Below, in pieces: positions 41,488 through 52,105 of a stretch of 64,000 bases of DNA. The DNA is taken from assembly GCA_964651225.1 (NCBI GenBank), contig CAZYYD010000003.1:51533-115532 (forward strand), in the 5' to 3' direction. The position numbers and the translations under genes are program-made. Under the pieces are notes generated by a model. That model saw only the letters and a program-made list of their open reading frames with translations. It was not told the DNA's origin and made no database searches. The first letter of the stretch is position 1. Every line of letters starts with the position of its first letter. Source of the stretch: an uncultured Ignavibacteriaceae bacterium (lineage in GTDB: Bacteria > Bacteroidota > Ignavibacteria > UBA10030).

Positions 41488-44310
41488 ATGAAGAAACGGC
41501 AAATCTTTCCGCAATTATTATTACTCTGCGCAGTGCTGATTGTATGGTTCTCTGCATCCCATGGACAGCAGACGATCAAACCGGATCAAATTCTTACGCC
41601 CGATCCCCAGGTTCTCATTGGCAAGCTCGAAAACGGTCTGACCTACTATATTCGAGAAAACGGGAAACCTGAAAAGCGGGCGGAACTTCGGATCGTTGTT
41701 AAAGCAGGATCCATTCTCGAAGACGACAATCAACAGGGACTGGCACACTTTGTTGAGCATATGGCATTTAACGGGACCAGGAATTTCCCCAAACAAGACC
41801 TCATTAATTTTCTGGAAAGGTCCGGAGTCCGTTTTGGACCGGAAATCAACGCCTATACCAGTTTTGATGAGACCGTCTATATGCTGCAGGTGCCGACCGA
41901 CTCCCCGGCAATTATGAAAAAAGGATTTCAGGTTCTCCATGAATGGGCACAGGACATATCGTTCGATGACAAAGAAATCGATAAAGAACGGGGTGTCGTT
42001 ATAGAAGAATGGCGTCTGCGAAGAGGAGCAAATTACCGTGTTGCGATGAAACACATCCCCGTTGAACTGTATCAGTCGCGGTATGCGGATCGCATTGTCA
42101 TCGGAAAAAAAGAAATTCTTGAATCATGTTCGCATGATCTGCTGCGCTCATTCTATCACGACTGGTACCGTCCGGATTTGATGGCAGTCTTTGCGGTTGG
42201 AGACTTTCACAAGAAAGAGATTGAAAAACTTATCCGGGAAAATTTTTCGGGACTCAAGAATCCCCCGAACGAACGCGAACGAAAGCAGTATCCCATTCCG
42301 GATCATGAGAAGACATTACTCTCCATCGTTACCGATCCCGAGCTCACCCGTGCATCGGTCGAGGTCATGTTCAAGCGGGACATCAACGATACACGCACGG
42401 CTATGGACTACCGGAACGACATCATCAGCAATCTCTATGATGCGATGCTCAATGCCCGTTTCCAGGAACTTCTCCAGCAATCGAACCCTCCATTTCTGTA
42501 TGCCTATGGGGGTGACGGACGATTCGTTTCAGAAAAGCAGGCCTTTACCCTCGGCGCAGGTGTGAAAGAAAATGCCGTTCTCAGCGGACTTGAAGCTGTC
42601 GTACGCGAAGCATACCGGGTACTGCAGAACGGGTTTACACCGACGGAACTCGAACGTCAGAAAATCCAAAGCCTGCGAAGAATGGAACAGGCGTATAACG
42701 AGCGGAACAAAACCGAGTCCAGCAGGGTGATCGATGAGTACATTCGGAATTTTCTTGAACGCGAAACCATGCCGGGTATCGAGACCGAGTTAGCGCTGTA
42801 CAAACAATTCCTTCCCGGCATCACTGTCGAAGAAGTTAATAAACTCTCTCCAGAACGGATGACTGCCGGCAATCGTGTCATTACTGTTTCTTTACCTCAA
42901 AAGGAAAGCGTCACAGTACCGTCAGAATCTGAGGTCATGGCAGTGATGAACAAGCTCAGCTCGCAAACCCTCGATCCCTATGTCGACAGGATCAACGCGA
43001 TGCCCTTGATTTCCAAACTGCCTCCCCCCGGAACGATCGTGGAAGAGAAAACAATCGCTTCATTGGATGTCACAGAATGGAAGCTCTCCAACGGTGCACA
43101 GGTGGTCCTGAAACCTACTGATTTTAAAAATGATGAGATCCTTTTCTCAGCATTCAGTTACGGGGGGACATCCCTCGTTCCCAATACGGACTATCTCTCC
43201 GCTGTCTTTGCGACCTCCATTATCGGTCAATCGGGCGTAGGAGATTTTGATTTCGTCTCCCTTCGTAAGAAACTTTCCGGGAAAATCGTCAATGTCAGTC
43301 CGTCGATCAGCCAGCTGGGTGAAAGCCTCGGCGGCAATGGTTCACCGCAGGATCTCGAAACTCTGTTTCAATTGATTTACCTGTACGGCACATCGCCGCG
43401 GACCGATACAACAGCATTTTCTTCGCTGATCACACGGTATAAAGCCATGCTGCAGAACCGCAATGTCAGTCCCGACGCTGCATACAGCGATACCATCCAG
43501 GTGACGCTGGCCAACTACCATTATCGTGCACGCCCCGTCTCCATTCCGATGATGGACGAGATCAACCTCAAGAAAGCAATCGACATCTACAAAGAACGGT
43601 TTGCCGATTTCAGCGATTTCACATTCTTTTTTGTCGGTGCATTCAAGATTGACGCTCTCAAACCGCTGGTGGAACAATATCTTGCAACGCTCCCCTCATT
43701 GCACAGAAAGGAAACGTGGAAGGATGTTGGTATCATACCGCCGAAAGGAGTCATCAGTAAACAGGTGTATAAGGGGATCGAACCGAAAAGCACCGTCAAT
43801 GTCACCTTTACCGGACCATTTGTCTGGTCACAGCAGAACCGGTACGACTTCTATGCGATGATCGAGGCGCTCAACATCAAATTGCGCGAGGATCTCCGCG
43901 AGGACAAAGGCGGAACATACGGCGTCAGGGTATCCGGTTCGCCTACGCTCTTTCCGCGACCTGAATACAGCATAACGATTTCCTGGGGCTGCAATCCCAA
44001 TCGTGTCGATGAACTTGTCAAAGAAGCGTTCCTCCAGATCGACAGTCTGAAACTCAAACCATTCGACACTCTCACTGTTGAAAAGGTACGCGAGACCCAG
44101 CGCCGCGCTCATGAAGTACGATTGAAACAAAACAGCTTCTGGATCAACAACCTTGTTGCGTATTATTCAAATTCGGAAGATCCGGAGATGATCCTCAACT
44201 ATCCATCACTTGTCGAGAACATGAACGCCGGTGCGCTTCAACAAGCCGTCAGGAAATATTTCAACATGGAGAATTATGTGAAAGTGATCCTGTTCCCTGA
44301 AAAGAAATAA
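41488..44310 (+). CDS. M16 family zinc peptidase (insulinase-like, two-unit fusion)
   Basis: Signal peptide and the inverted zinc motif HFVEHMAFNGT. 940 aa. Confidence 0.88.
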   Translation: MKKRQIFPQLLLLCAVLIVWFSASHGQQTIKPDQILTPDPQVLIGKLENGLTYYIRENGKPEKRAELRIVVKAGSILEDDNQQGLAHFVEHMAFNGTRNFPKQDLINFLERSGVRFGPEINAYTSFDETVYMLQVPTDSPAIMKKGFQVLHEWAQDISFDDKEIDKERGVVIEEWRLRRGANYRVAMKHIPVELYQSRYADRIVIGKKEILESCSHDLLRSFYHDWYRPDLMAVFAVGDFHKKEIEKLIRENFSGLKNPPNERERKQYPIPDHEKTLLSIVTDPELTRASVEVMFKRDINDTRTAMDYRNDIISNLYDAMLNARFQELLQQSNPPFLYAYGGDGRFVSEKQAFTLGAGVKENAVLSGLEAVVREAYRVLQNGFTPTELERQKIQSLRRMEQAYNERNKTESSRVIDEYIRNFLERETMPGIETELALYKQFLPGITVEEVNKLSPERMTAGNRVITVSLPQKESVTVPSESEVMAVMNKLSSQTLDPYVDRINAMPLISKLPPPGTIVEEKTIASLDVTEWKLSNGAQVVLKPTDFKNDEILFSAFSYGGTSLVPNTDYLSAVFATSIIGQSGVGDFDFVSLRKKLSGKIVNVSPSISQLGESLGGNGSPQDLETLFQLIYLYGTSPRTDTTAFSSLITRYKAMLQNRNVSPDAAYSDTIQVTLANYHYRARPVSIPMMDEINLKKAIDIYKERFADFSDFTFFFVGAFKIDALKPLVEQYLATLPSLHRKETWKDVGIIPPKGVISKQVYKGIEPKSTVNVTFTGPFVWSQQNRYDFYAMIEALNIKLREDLREDKGGTYGVRVSGSPTLFPRPEYSITISWGCNPNRVDELVKEAFLQIDSLKLKPFDTLTVEKVRETQRRAHEVRLKQNSFWINNLVAYYSNSEDPEMILNYPSLVENMNAGALQQAVRKYFNMENYVKVILFPEKK

Positions 44311-44394
44311 TTCGAGGACCGGATTTCTCAGTCAAACGCGCGGGGATTTCCCGCCCGCAGCATCCACGGCAATAGACACAATGAAGAACTCTCC

Positions 44395-45198
44395 ATGAAC
44401 CGACGAATCTCCTTTGCGAGCTTCCTTACTGTACTCTTTTGCGTACACATTGGTCTGTACTCCCAATCGCCATATGCGATAACGTACGAGAGAGAAGCAT
44501 ATATCCTCGGCACGGGAGCTGCGGGATCAACGGTTGGCTTTTTTCTCGATCGATCGGTATCAGCACTGACGACAGCAGAAATTGATCACCTCACAAGCGG
44601 ATCCGTTAATCGGTTTGATCGGAGCGCAGTGGATCATTTTTCAGCATCGGCAGGAACGGTCAGTGATGTTCTCTTCGGTGTTGCTGCTGCTGCGCCCATG
44701 GTATTGCTGACAGATAAAAGCATCCACCATGACTGGAGAACGATTGCTGTGATGTACCTGGAGACATGGTCGTTCATTGGAGCAGCGACGACGATCGCGA
44801 AAGGATCTGCGCTGCGCATCCGGCCATTCGTCTATAACCCGGACGCTCCGCTGGATCAAAAGCTGACCAGTGACGCGCGCAAATCGTTCTTTTCCGGGCA
44901 CGCGACGGCGGCTTTTGCGTCAGCAGTCTTTCTTTCCACTGTCTACAGCGATTACAATTCCGACTCACACTGGAGACCGTACGTCTGGGCCGGATCGCTT
45001 CTCACGGCGAGTGTTGTGGGATATTTACGCTATGAGGCCGGTGCGCACTTTCCGTCAGATATTCTCGTTGGTACGCTGGTGGGAAGCGCTATCGGATATA
45101 CTGTCCCCTGGATGCACCGTGTCGGCAGTAAGAACTTGACATTCACTCCGGGCACGGCGAGAACTGACTACGGAATTTCATTGCAGCTGAAGTTCTAA
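44395..45198 (+). CDS. PAP2 family phosphatase
   Basis: KGSALRIRPF, FFSGHAT and RYEAGAHFPSDILVG match the three PAP2 motifs. Confidence 0.8.
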   Translation: MNRRISFASFLTVLFCVHIGLYSQSPYAITYEREAYILGTGAAGSTVGFFLDRSVSALTTAEIDHLTSGSVNRFDRSAVDHFSASAGTVSDVLFGVAAAAPMVLLTDKSIHHDWRTIAVMYLETWSFIGAATTIAKGSALRIRPFVYNPDAPLDQKLTSDARKSFFSGHATAAFASAVFLSTVYSDYNSDSHWRPYVWAGSLLTASVVGYLRYEAGAHFPSDILVGTLVGSAIGYTVPWMHRVGSKNLTFTPGTARTDYGISLQLKF

Positions 45199-45256
45199 TC
45201 TGTAGCGTGAGAAGACAACCTGTAAATTCCTCTGCAGAAGTCCTGCCAAGAGCATA

Positions 45257-45649
45257 TTACCTGGAAAGATAGGGAACATATTTCATGTCCGTTGTCAGGA
45301 CATGTGTCGTCAGCCATGACGAGAGAAATTCCATCAGCTCAAGACCTGAAAAGTCATCGTTACTTTGCACGAGGTTCTGAATCCGCTGCAGTTGATTCTG
45401 AAATTCTTCATGCTCCTGAATATGAGCGGGAGCATCCGGATAGTTTTTCTTTCGCATCAATTCCTCTTCCGCCTGAAAATGGTACGATGCATATTCACGC
45501 AGTTCAGTAAGAGTCTCAATCACCGCGCGTGGATTATTTCCGCCGCTGATTGCATCATACAGCTTATTGATGACGGAAATAATGTGTTGATGGTGTTCAT
45601 CCAGCTCTTTGACACCGACACTGAATTCTTTGGTCCACTTGATCATCAT
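45257..45649 (-). CDS. hemerythrin-like metal-binding protein
   Basis: Start at the internal MMIKWTKEFSVGVKELDEHHQ. HF..EE and H..H..F motifs. Confidence 0.8.
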   Translation of the reverse strand: MMIKWTKEFSVGVKELDEHHQHIISVINKLYDAISGGNNPRAVIETLTELREYASYHFQAEEELMRKKNYPDAPAHIQEHEEFQNQLQRIQNLVQSNDDFSGLELMEFLSSWLTTHVLTTDMKYVPYLSR

Positions 45650-45774
45650 AGGTAATTTCCGATCTCTGGATGAAAAGAAATTCTTGATCCGGCTCTTTCG
45701 TTTTGAATCCGTTCTTTTTTCTTCCCGCTGTACAGGTACGGATTCGCTCAGCACGGGGGTTCACCACCTGTTGT

Positions 45775-46305
45775 TCAGCGCACGGTCCCGCTCGATCGGA
45801 CAATATCTTTCACCGGAACAAACCCGATATAATGATCGACTGTTGTTTTGCCCATGACAAAGGGAGTCTTCTCCGTAATCTGATATCCCATTTTCTGATA
45901 CCAGAGCACTGCAGATGTATTATCGACCATGACACCGAGCCACACACAATCGAGATTGAATGTCTCAGCGCGCTCCGCTGCGAATGCCATCAACTGCTTG
46001 CCAAGACCGAGTCCTTGAAATTGCGGCAGAACATACAGTTGATGGACGTACAATCGTTTCTCTTCTTTGTTGTAAAAGGTCTTTTCATACGCCGCAAGGA
46101 CACCGTCAACGTCGGCAATAAACCCAACGGTGTCTTCATTCTCCACAAAATTTTTGATGGCGTCAAGGTGATAATGTTTGTCCAGATATCCAAGAATGTC
46201 CTCTCGCGGAATAAAGCCGGAGTATGCATCCAGCCATGTATCATGGAGAATTTGATGGATGTGTACTGCATCCTCCTGCGTCCATCGCCTATAAGTAATT
46301 CTCAC
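45775..46305 (-). CDS. GNAT family N-acetyltransferase
   Basis: ..LYVLPQFQGLGLGKQLMAFA.. acetyl-CoA binding loop. Confidence 0.8.
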   Translation of the reverse strand: MRITYRRWTQEDAVHIHQILHDTWLDAYSGFIPREDILGYLDKHYHLDAIKNFVENEDTVGFIADVDGVLAAYEKTFYNKEEKRLYVHQLYVLPQFQGLGLGKQLMAFAAERAETFNLDCVWLGVMVDNTSAVLWYQKMGYQITEKTPFVMGKTTVDHYIGFVPVKDIVRSSGTVR

Positions 46306-46676
46306 GTTTCTCCTTCTGTCGGGTCGTTATCGAGCCGGTGTGTAGAGAGATTGATTATCTGGTTTTTTCTTTCAGCAACTGTAGATCGTCCTGCTGCCAT
46401 CCCGGCCGACCAACATACCCCCGATGCATCGATTTATGAAATAATGCATCTTATAGAACGACAGCTGCTCCTTTCAAAAAGAATTCGATAGAGCGATGTT
46501 AAAAATATTGGCGATAATTCAATGAAAAGCAATCATCATAAAAGCAGAGATTTCTCCTTACCAATTCAACCGAATTTTACCTATTTTCCAACCATTCGAT
46601 GCGGTTTGAAACCAATTCCGCTGCTGGTTGGTTTACTCTTATAGTTCATCATTCAGCATATCAAGAAAGGATTTGT

Positions 46677-47153
46677 ATGAAACACGTTTTGAGTTTGTCC
46701 ATCATCCTGGTCTTCTTCATGGTTAGTATCGGAAATGCGCAGCAAAAGGCTCCCAATTTCTCGCTCAAGACATATGACGGCAAAGTCATCGAACTGTCGA
46801 CATTGAAAGGGAAAGTTGTCCTGGTCAATTTTTGGGCTACATGGTGCCCTCCCTGCCGCGCAGAGATCCCCGATTTTATTAAAGTCTATACCGCGTACAA
46901 ATCCAAAGGTCTGGAAATTATCGGTATTGCTCTCGACGAAGAGGGCTGGACAAAAGTGAAACCGTTTATTGAGAGAAACAAAATGAATTATCCGGTTGTC
47001 CTTGGTGATGCCAAAGTCGTACGGGATTATGGGAGTCCGGAAGGTATTCCGACCACATTCTTTATCGATAAGAACGGGAACGTCGTCGATCAGCAAGTGG
47101 GTATGCTGAGGAAAGAAATGCTGGAACAGCGTATTCACAAACTTTTACAATAA
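46677..47153 (+). CDS. TlpA-like thiol:disulfide oxidoreductase
   Basis: Internal ATG at 46677, signal peptide and WATWCPPC. Confidence 0.85.
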   Translation: MKHVLSLSIILVFFMVSIGNAQQKAPNFSLKTYDGKVIELSTLKGKVVLVNFWATWCPPCRAEIPDFIKVYTAYKSKGLEIIGIALDEEGWTKVKPFIERNKMNYPVVLGDAKVVRDYGSPEGIPTTFFIDKNGNVVDQQVGMLRKEMLEQRIHKLLQ

Positions 47154-47228
47154 AATAACAGGACGACTCCACATTCAGGAAGGATGCGGAGTCCGATCCT
47201 TCCATCCTGCATTCAGGGTAAAATCTCT

Positions 47229-49007
47229 ATGCGATACTTCGGTGCTGCGCTTTTCTTTCTCCTCCTTGTTACTTCGGCTCTCTTTGCTCAGTCTTCATCC
47301 AGCGCAAAACAGGTAAGCGTTGAAGCGATACTTTCTGCCGACAAAATCCAATCCGGTCAAACCGCACAGATCGCAATCATGCTCAAGATCAATGAGGGCT
47401 GGCACGTCAACTCGCATAAGCCGACATTCGACTATTTGATCGGAACGCGCTTTGAGCTGCAGCAGGTGGAAGGAATCATTGTCACCGACGTTCAATACCC
47501 GGACGGCAAACTGGTCCCCCTCTCCTTCGCCGATCAGCCGATTGATGTCTACGAAGGAACGACGATCCTGTTTGCGTCGATCAAACTCTCCGATAAAATG
47601 GCCCCCGGCAGCGATACACTGAAAGGAAGTGTAACGGTTCAAGCATGCAACAATCAACTCTGCCTGGCTCCATCGACCATGGAACTCAGTATTCCCGTAG
47701 AGATCGTCGCAGCAGGTGCACCGGTCACGCCACAGAATCAAGAGATTTTTGCACAGTACAAAATATCCGCATCAGCTGGCGTCACCAACAATGATCTCGC
47801 GGCCATGCTGGAAGAGAAGGGTTCGTTCCTGACGTTCCTCGCGATCTTTCTCATCGGTCTCGCGCTCAATCTCACTCCGTGTGTTTATCCGATGCTGTCC
47901 GTTACGGTGTCGCTCTTCGGATCGCAAACGGAAACAAATGTTGTTCGCGTATTTCTCAAAGCGGTTCTCTACGTCCTTGGTATTGCAACGATGTACAGCA
48001 TTCTCGGAGTCTCGGCGGCACTCGGCGGCGGGTTATTCGGCAGCTGGCTGCAGAGTCCGTGGGTCCTCGGCGGCATCGCGGCATTGCTGTTCGGACTCGC
48101 ACTGAGTTCGTTCGGTCTGTATCAGATCCAGATACCCTACTGGCTCACCAGCAAACTCGGCGGGACCTCCGGTACCGGATTCATTACCATTTATGTCTCC
48201 GGACTCATCGTGGGTGTCTTCGCCGCCCCGTGTGTGGGTCCGCCTGTTATTGCGCTCCTGACGTTGGTTGCCGCAAAGGGAAGCGCTGCCTTCGGGTTCT
48301 GGACATTTTTTACACTCTCGCTTGGCCTTGGATTTCCCTATCTGCTTCTCGGAACATTTTCCGGGCTTCTAAAAAAAATTCCGCGTTCAGGGTCATGGCT
48401 CGTGTGGGTAGAACACATATTCGGTGTTATCCTCCTTGGCGCAGCGTTCTTCTACCTTGCACTCGCAGTGGCGCCGAAAGAGGCGTTCTATGTTATCCCG
48501 GCTGTGCTCGTGATCGGAGGCATATATCTTGGTTTCTTGGACAACTCCGGAAAAGAGAAGCCGGCGCTTAAAAACATCCAATGGATTTTCGGCACTCTGT
48601 TCATCCTCATCGGTCTTGTATATGCGAACGGCATGCGCGAAAAAGGAATGTCGTGGGAAATGTACTCGGATATCGATCTGGCGGAAGCAAAGGAGAACGG
48701 CATACCGGTCTTACTCGATTTTTCTGCCGACTGGTGCATCCCCTGCATGGAACTCGACCGTAACACATGGACGAATCCGGAAGTGATCGAGGCCGCGAAA
48801 GATATTAGACGGATGAAGGTCGATCTTACACAGTTCGATTCTCCGGAATCGGAGGCATTACGGAAAAGGTTCAACATCTCCGGCGTTCCCACCATTGTTT
48901 TCATTCGGATGGATGGGACAGAGGCAAACGATACGCGCATTATTGGATTCGTTCCGCCGAAGGAATTCCTGGTCAAGCTCAAGCAGGCCTTTTCAACCGG
49001 ATATTAA
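47229..49007 (+). CDS. DsbD-like thiol:disulfide interchange protein (N-domain + CcdA-type TM core + thioredoxin domain)
   Basis: Internal ATG at 47229. The TM core has LTPCVYPM and APCVGP. C-terminal domain has DWCIPC. Confidence 0.85.
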   Translation: MRYFGAALFFLLLVTSALFAQSSSSAKQVSVEAILSADKIQSGQTAQIAIMLKINEGWHVNSHKPTFDYLIGTRFELQQVEGIIVTDVQYPDGKLVPLSFADQPIDVYEGTTILFASIKLSDKMAPGSDTLKGSVTVQACNNQLCLAPSTMELSIPVEIVAAGAPVTPQNQEIFAQYKISASAGVTNNDLAAMLEEKGSFLTFLAIFLIGLALNLTPCVYPMLSVTVSLFGSQTETNVVRVFLKAVLYVLGIATMYSILGVSAALGGGLFGSWLQSPWVLGGIAALLFGLALSSFGLYQIQIPYWLTSKLGGTSGTGFITIYVSGLIVGVFAAPCVGPPVIALLTLVAAKGSAAFGFWTFFTLSLGLGFPYLLLGTFSGLLKKIPRSGSWLVWVEHIFGVILLGAAFFYLALAVAPKEAFYVIPAVLVIGGIYLGFLDNSGKEKPALKNIQWIFGTLFILIGLVYANGMREKGMSWEMYSDIDLAEAKENGIPVLLDFSADWCIPCMELDRNTWTNPEVIEAAKDIRRMKVDLTQFDSPESEALRKRFNISGVPTIVFIRMDGTEANDTRIIGFVPPKEFLVKLKQAFSTGY

Positions 49008-49064
49008 TACGTTCACCAAGGAGATCGTTATGAAACATCTATTTATTGTTGCCCTCGCGCTCAC

Positions 49065-49093
49065 TTGACATTACTTATTGCTAAGGGTATATT
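49065..49093 (+). promoter_or_regulatory. sigma-70-type promoter candidate upstream of the serpin
   Basis: TTGACA (49065-49070), a 17-nt spacer, then TATATT (49088-49093). The serpin ATG is at 49134. Confidence 0.45.
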
Positions 49094-49133
49094 GGAATGA
49101 GTGATGTCGTGTAAGACTGCCACGGAGGTCGTC

Positions 49134-50354
49134 ATGAAGACATTCATCGTTCTCTCTGCACTGCTTCTATTCTTGCCAACAGCCTGCCGCCAGGCGACCG
49201 AAACACCCATCCCTTCTCCTCCTCTTGAATTATCGGTCACAGAAAAGCAAATCGTTTCCGCCGACAACTCTTTCGGCTTCAAGCTGTTCACCCGCATCAA
49301 TTCAGCAGAACAGGGAAAGAATGTTTTTATTTCGCCTCTCAGCGTTTCGATGGCACTGGGGATGACGATGAACGGCGCAAACGGCGCGACGTATGATTCG
49401 ATGCAGCGGACACTGGAACTCCAGGGGTATACCGTTGAGCAGATTCAAACTTCCTATCAGAATATTATTTCCGTCCTTACGCAGCTTGATCCGAAAGTTA
49501 TTTTTCAAATTGCCAATTCCATCTGGTATCGGAATACATTTCAGGTAGAGACCGACTTTCTCGATGCCAATAAGAAATACTTCAACGCTGAGATCACTCC
49601 TCTCGATTTCAACAGCCCTACAGCTGTCGACATTATCAATGCCTGGGTGAATACAAAAACGAAGGGTAAAATCCCGACCATCATCGATAATCCGATTGAA
49701 CCGGAAGTGATTATGTATCTCATCAACGCAATTTACTTTAAAGGAACATGGACGTACGAATTCGATGCATCGAAAACAAAAGATACTCTTTTCACAAAGG
49801 CTGACGGCAGCAAGATCCCATGCAAGTTGATGATTCAAAAAGCTTCTCTTTCGTACTGTTTTACCGATGGCTGCCAGGTACTCGATTTGTTTTACGGCGA
49901 CGGAAAATTCAGTATGACCATAATCCTTCCGCCGGCTGGAACCACTATCGATGCCTTCACTGCAAGCCTGACACAGGAGCGCTGGAACACCTTCGTTTCA
50001 GGTCTTGCAAAAACCGACATAACAGTGGAACTGCCCAAATTCAAGCTGGAGTATAAGAGATCTCTCAATGATGAGCTCAAGGCGATGGGAATGGCAATTG
50101 CATTTTCCGGTCAGGCCGATTTTACCCGGATCAATAAGAACGGCGGTTTGTCAATTTCCAATGTGCTGCACAAGACGTTTGTTGAAGTGGACGAGCAGGG
50201 GACAACTGCTGCAGCCGTTACCAGTGTGGAAATATGGAATACCGTCATACAAGAGATACTCATGCGGATTGACCGTCCGTTTATCTTTGCCATTCGCGAA
50301 CATGAATCCGGAACGGTTCTCTTTATCGGTAAGATCGTCGAGCCGGCATTTTAA
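49134..50354 (+). CDS. serpin family protease inhibitor (lipoprotein signal)
   Basis: Internal ATG at 49134 and lipobox LPTAC. C-terminal serpin signature ..IDRPFIFAIREHESGTVLFIGKIVEP. Confidence 0.88.
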   Translation: MKTFIVLSALLLFLPTACRQATETPIPSPPLELSVTEKQIVSADNSFGFKLFTRINSAEQGKNVFISPLSVSMALGMTMNGANGATYDSMQRTLELQGYTVEQIQTSYQNIISVLTQLDPKVIFQIANSIWYRNTFQVETDFLDANKKYFNAEITPLDFNSPTAVDIINAWVNTKTKGKIPTIIDNPIEPEVIMYLINAIYFKGTWTYEFDASKTKDTLFTKADGSKIPCKLMIQKASLSYCFTDGCQVLDLFYGDGKFSMTIILPPAGTTIDAFTASLTQERWNTFVSGLAKTDITVELPKFKLEYKRSLNDELKAMGMAIAFSGQADFTRINKNGGLSISNVLHKTFVEVDEQGTTAAAVTSVEIWNTVIQEILMRIDRPFIFAIREHESGTVLFIGKIVEPAF

Positions 50355-50401
50355 GGCCGCGTAAGAACCTGAGAGAGATCCCGGGCACTCATAAGTTAAC
50401 C

Positions 50402-51265
50402 TCAATGAGCTGTCGTGTCGACCGTATCTCCCGGGAGGTCGCGGTTCACGGTTTGCTGTACATCAAATGTGAAGACTCTTTCCGGGTGTGTGAGGCGAAC
50501 GATCTTTACGCTCTTCACTTTCGTAAGGGGACACAACACCACATCGCCAAACCCGTTTGTACTTCCCTGACTTGACCAGTATACCATTCCGAGTTTACTC
50601 TCTTTTTTGAACCAGCCGAGGAACACGACAGAGTGTCCGGTTCCGGTAGTCCAGGAAATGTTTGCAAAATCTCCGGGGCGAGCTCGTTCGGGCGGAACTT
50701 CCTCCCCCATCCCTGAATACTGCACCAGGGCATACTGGGTTCCCCAGCCGTCATCGTTCCACTTTCCCCAGAATTTGATCTGATCCTCGCGGCGCGATCC
50801 ATCCGGCTCCTGCATACGGAGCGACTCGAATCGATCGGCGGAGATCTTCGATCCGCCGTCTGAGAATAAAAGATTCATTGTCTCGACAAAGACACCGTAT
50901 GTTGAGCCGCTGCAGTAGCTTGTGGTGCGGGGAGGATCGAGAAGTGGTTTATCGAAGAGTTTTAATCCGTACCCAATAGGCGATTCTGTGGGCTTCGCCT
51001 TGATACCGGTAAAATATCCCCCTCCATCCATCGCGTGCGCCTGGACGATGTCGATCGCCTTCAGAATTTCAAGGTTATACCCATCGGTATATTTTTTGAA
51101 CATCGATTCATGGTTGAGATGCTGTTTCAATACCGGGATATCTGTACTGTCGAGGAAAAGCCATGTACCGTTATCCGTTGCGGCATGGTTCTTAACATCC
51201 TGGGAGAATGATAGAAATGTGCATATGAGTATAAAGAGGGAAAAACCAGATATTCGAACGATCAT
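50402..51265 (-). CDS. secreted hypothetical protein, possibly papain-fold (NlpC/P60-like)
   Basis: Signal peptide. SYCSGST and PGDFANI..GHSVVFLGW loosely resemble a Cys/His peptidase. It is not a recombinase. Confidence 0.35.
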   Translation of the reverse strand: MIVRISGFSLFILICTFLSFSQDVKNHAATDNGTWLFLDSTDIPVLKQHLNHESMFKKYTDGYNLEILKAIDIVQAHAMDGGGYFTGIKAKPTESPIGYGLKLFDKPLLDPPRTTSYCSGSTYGVFVETMNLLFSDGGSKISADRFESLRMQEPDGSRREDQIKFWGKWNDDGWGTQYALVQYSGMGEEVPPERARPGDFANISWTTGTGHSVVFLGWFKKESKLGMVYWSSQGSTNGFGDVVLCPLTKVKSVKIVRLTHPERVFTFDVQQTVNRDLPGDTVDTTAH

Positions 51266-51335
51266 CTTGTCTCCAGAAGTCTTTTATAAGAATGATGGAT
51301 GTAATTTGATGTTCCGCGATTTCAATATATCAGTG

Positions 51336-51480
51336 ATTGAACAGATTGTCAAATTGCGCAGGGAATGGATCAAGAAGGCTCATGATACAGGCAGGATTGA
51401 ATTCTATTCAAAGCATTTGACTTTCCCCTTGCAGAAAGAAGGAATACTGAGTACCATTTTCCGTCGGCAGGGATTTACTA
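51336..51480 (+). other. attC-like junction upstream of the GNAT cassette (degenerate)
   Basis: ATTGAAC (51336-51342) is followed by a GCGCAGG..GATCAA module shared with junctions 60750 and 62118. The 3' end ..TTTTCCGTCGGCAGGGATTTACTA has TTACT complementary to GAGTAAC at 52029. Confidence 0.3.
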
Positions 51481-51498
51481 TCTAAAATCAAAATTTCC

Positions 51499-51981
51499 AT
51501 GACCCCATTTGAGATTCGCACACTGAATAAAAGCGACCAGCCATGGGTGGAGAGCATTTTAACGAAATTCTGGCACTCTGCGAAAATCGTGACACGGGGT
51601 AAAATCCATCTTGCCGACCAGTTACCCGGCTTTATCGCCCACCAGGGGGAGAAACGATTGGGATTGATTACCTACCACGTACACAACAATGAGTGCGAAA
51701 TTGTTACCCTGAACAGTCTTGCTGAACAGATGGGAATTGGTTCTGCTCTCATAGCTGCTGTGAAGCATGCTGCGATCTCCTCTCAATGCAAGCGTCTCTG
51801 GCTGATTACCACAAACGACAATACGCCCGCTTTACGGTTCTATCAGAAACGGGGATTTTCGCTGACAGCAATTTATCCCAATGCGCTGGAGCAATCACGC
51901 CGGCTCAAACCGGAGATCCCTCTCTTCGGCATAGACGGAATACCTCTGCGGGATGAACTTGAACTTGAGATGCTTCTTTAG
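51499..51981 (+). CDS. GNAT family N-acetyltransferase (cassette-borne?)
   Basis: 160 aa with LAEQMGIGSALIAAV and ALRFYQKRGF. Confidence 0.8.
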   Translation: MTPFEIRTLNKSDQPWVESILTKFWHSAKIVTRGKIHLADQLPGFIAHQGEKRLGLITYHVHNNECEIVTLNSLAEQMGIGSALIAAVKHAAISSQCKRLWLITTNDNTPALRFYQKRGFSLTAIYPNALEQSRRLKPEIPLFGIDGIPLRDELELEMLL

Positions 51982-52028
51982 AAATGTTGCGAGAACCGGA
52001 GGCATACAAATAATATCTCCGCTTCGCG

Positions 52029-52105
52029 GAGTAACAAACTTACACTCCCGAGCACCTTAGGTCGGGAGTGTGCGCCAAAGGCGCATGCATGTCCGCCGGT
52101 TCTTA
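52029..52105 (+). other. attC-like 5' half-site plus hairpin after the GNAT gene
   Basis: GAGTAAC-AAAC (52029-52039), inner hairpin ACACTCCCGA/TCGGGAGTGT, and a possible weak R' GTTCTTA (52099-52105). Confidence 0.3.

Noticed and set aside
45703-46491. Long antisense ORFs here and at 17576-18340, 34050-34724, 36409-37299, 60944-61591 and 408-998.
   Set aside because: Each lies opposite a confidently identified gene (GNAT, valS, methyltransferase, nadA, GNAT/YoaP-like, glgP). Their translations are compositionally odd, so they are shadow ORFs.
50402-51265. The minus-strand gene directly left of the array, considered as the integron integrase.
   Set aside because: It has a signal peptide and papain-like Cys/His features, with no tyrosine-recombinase motifs and the wrong size pattern.
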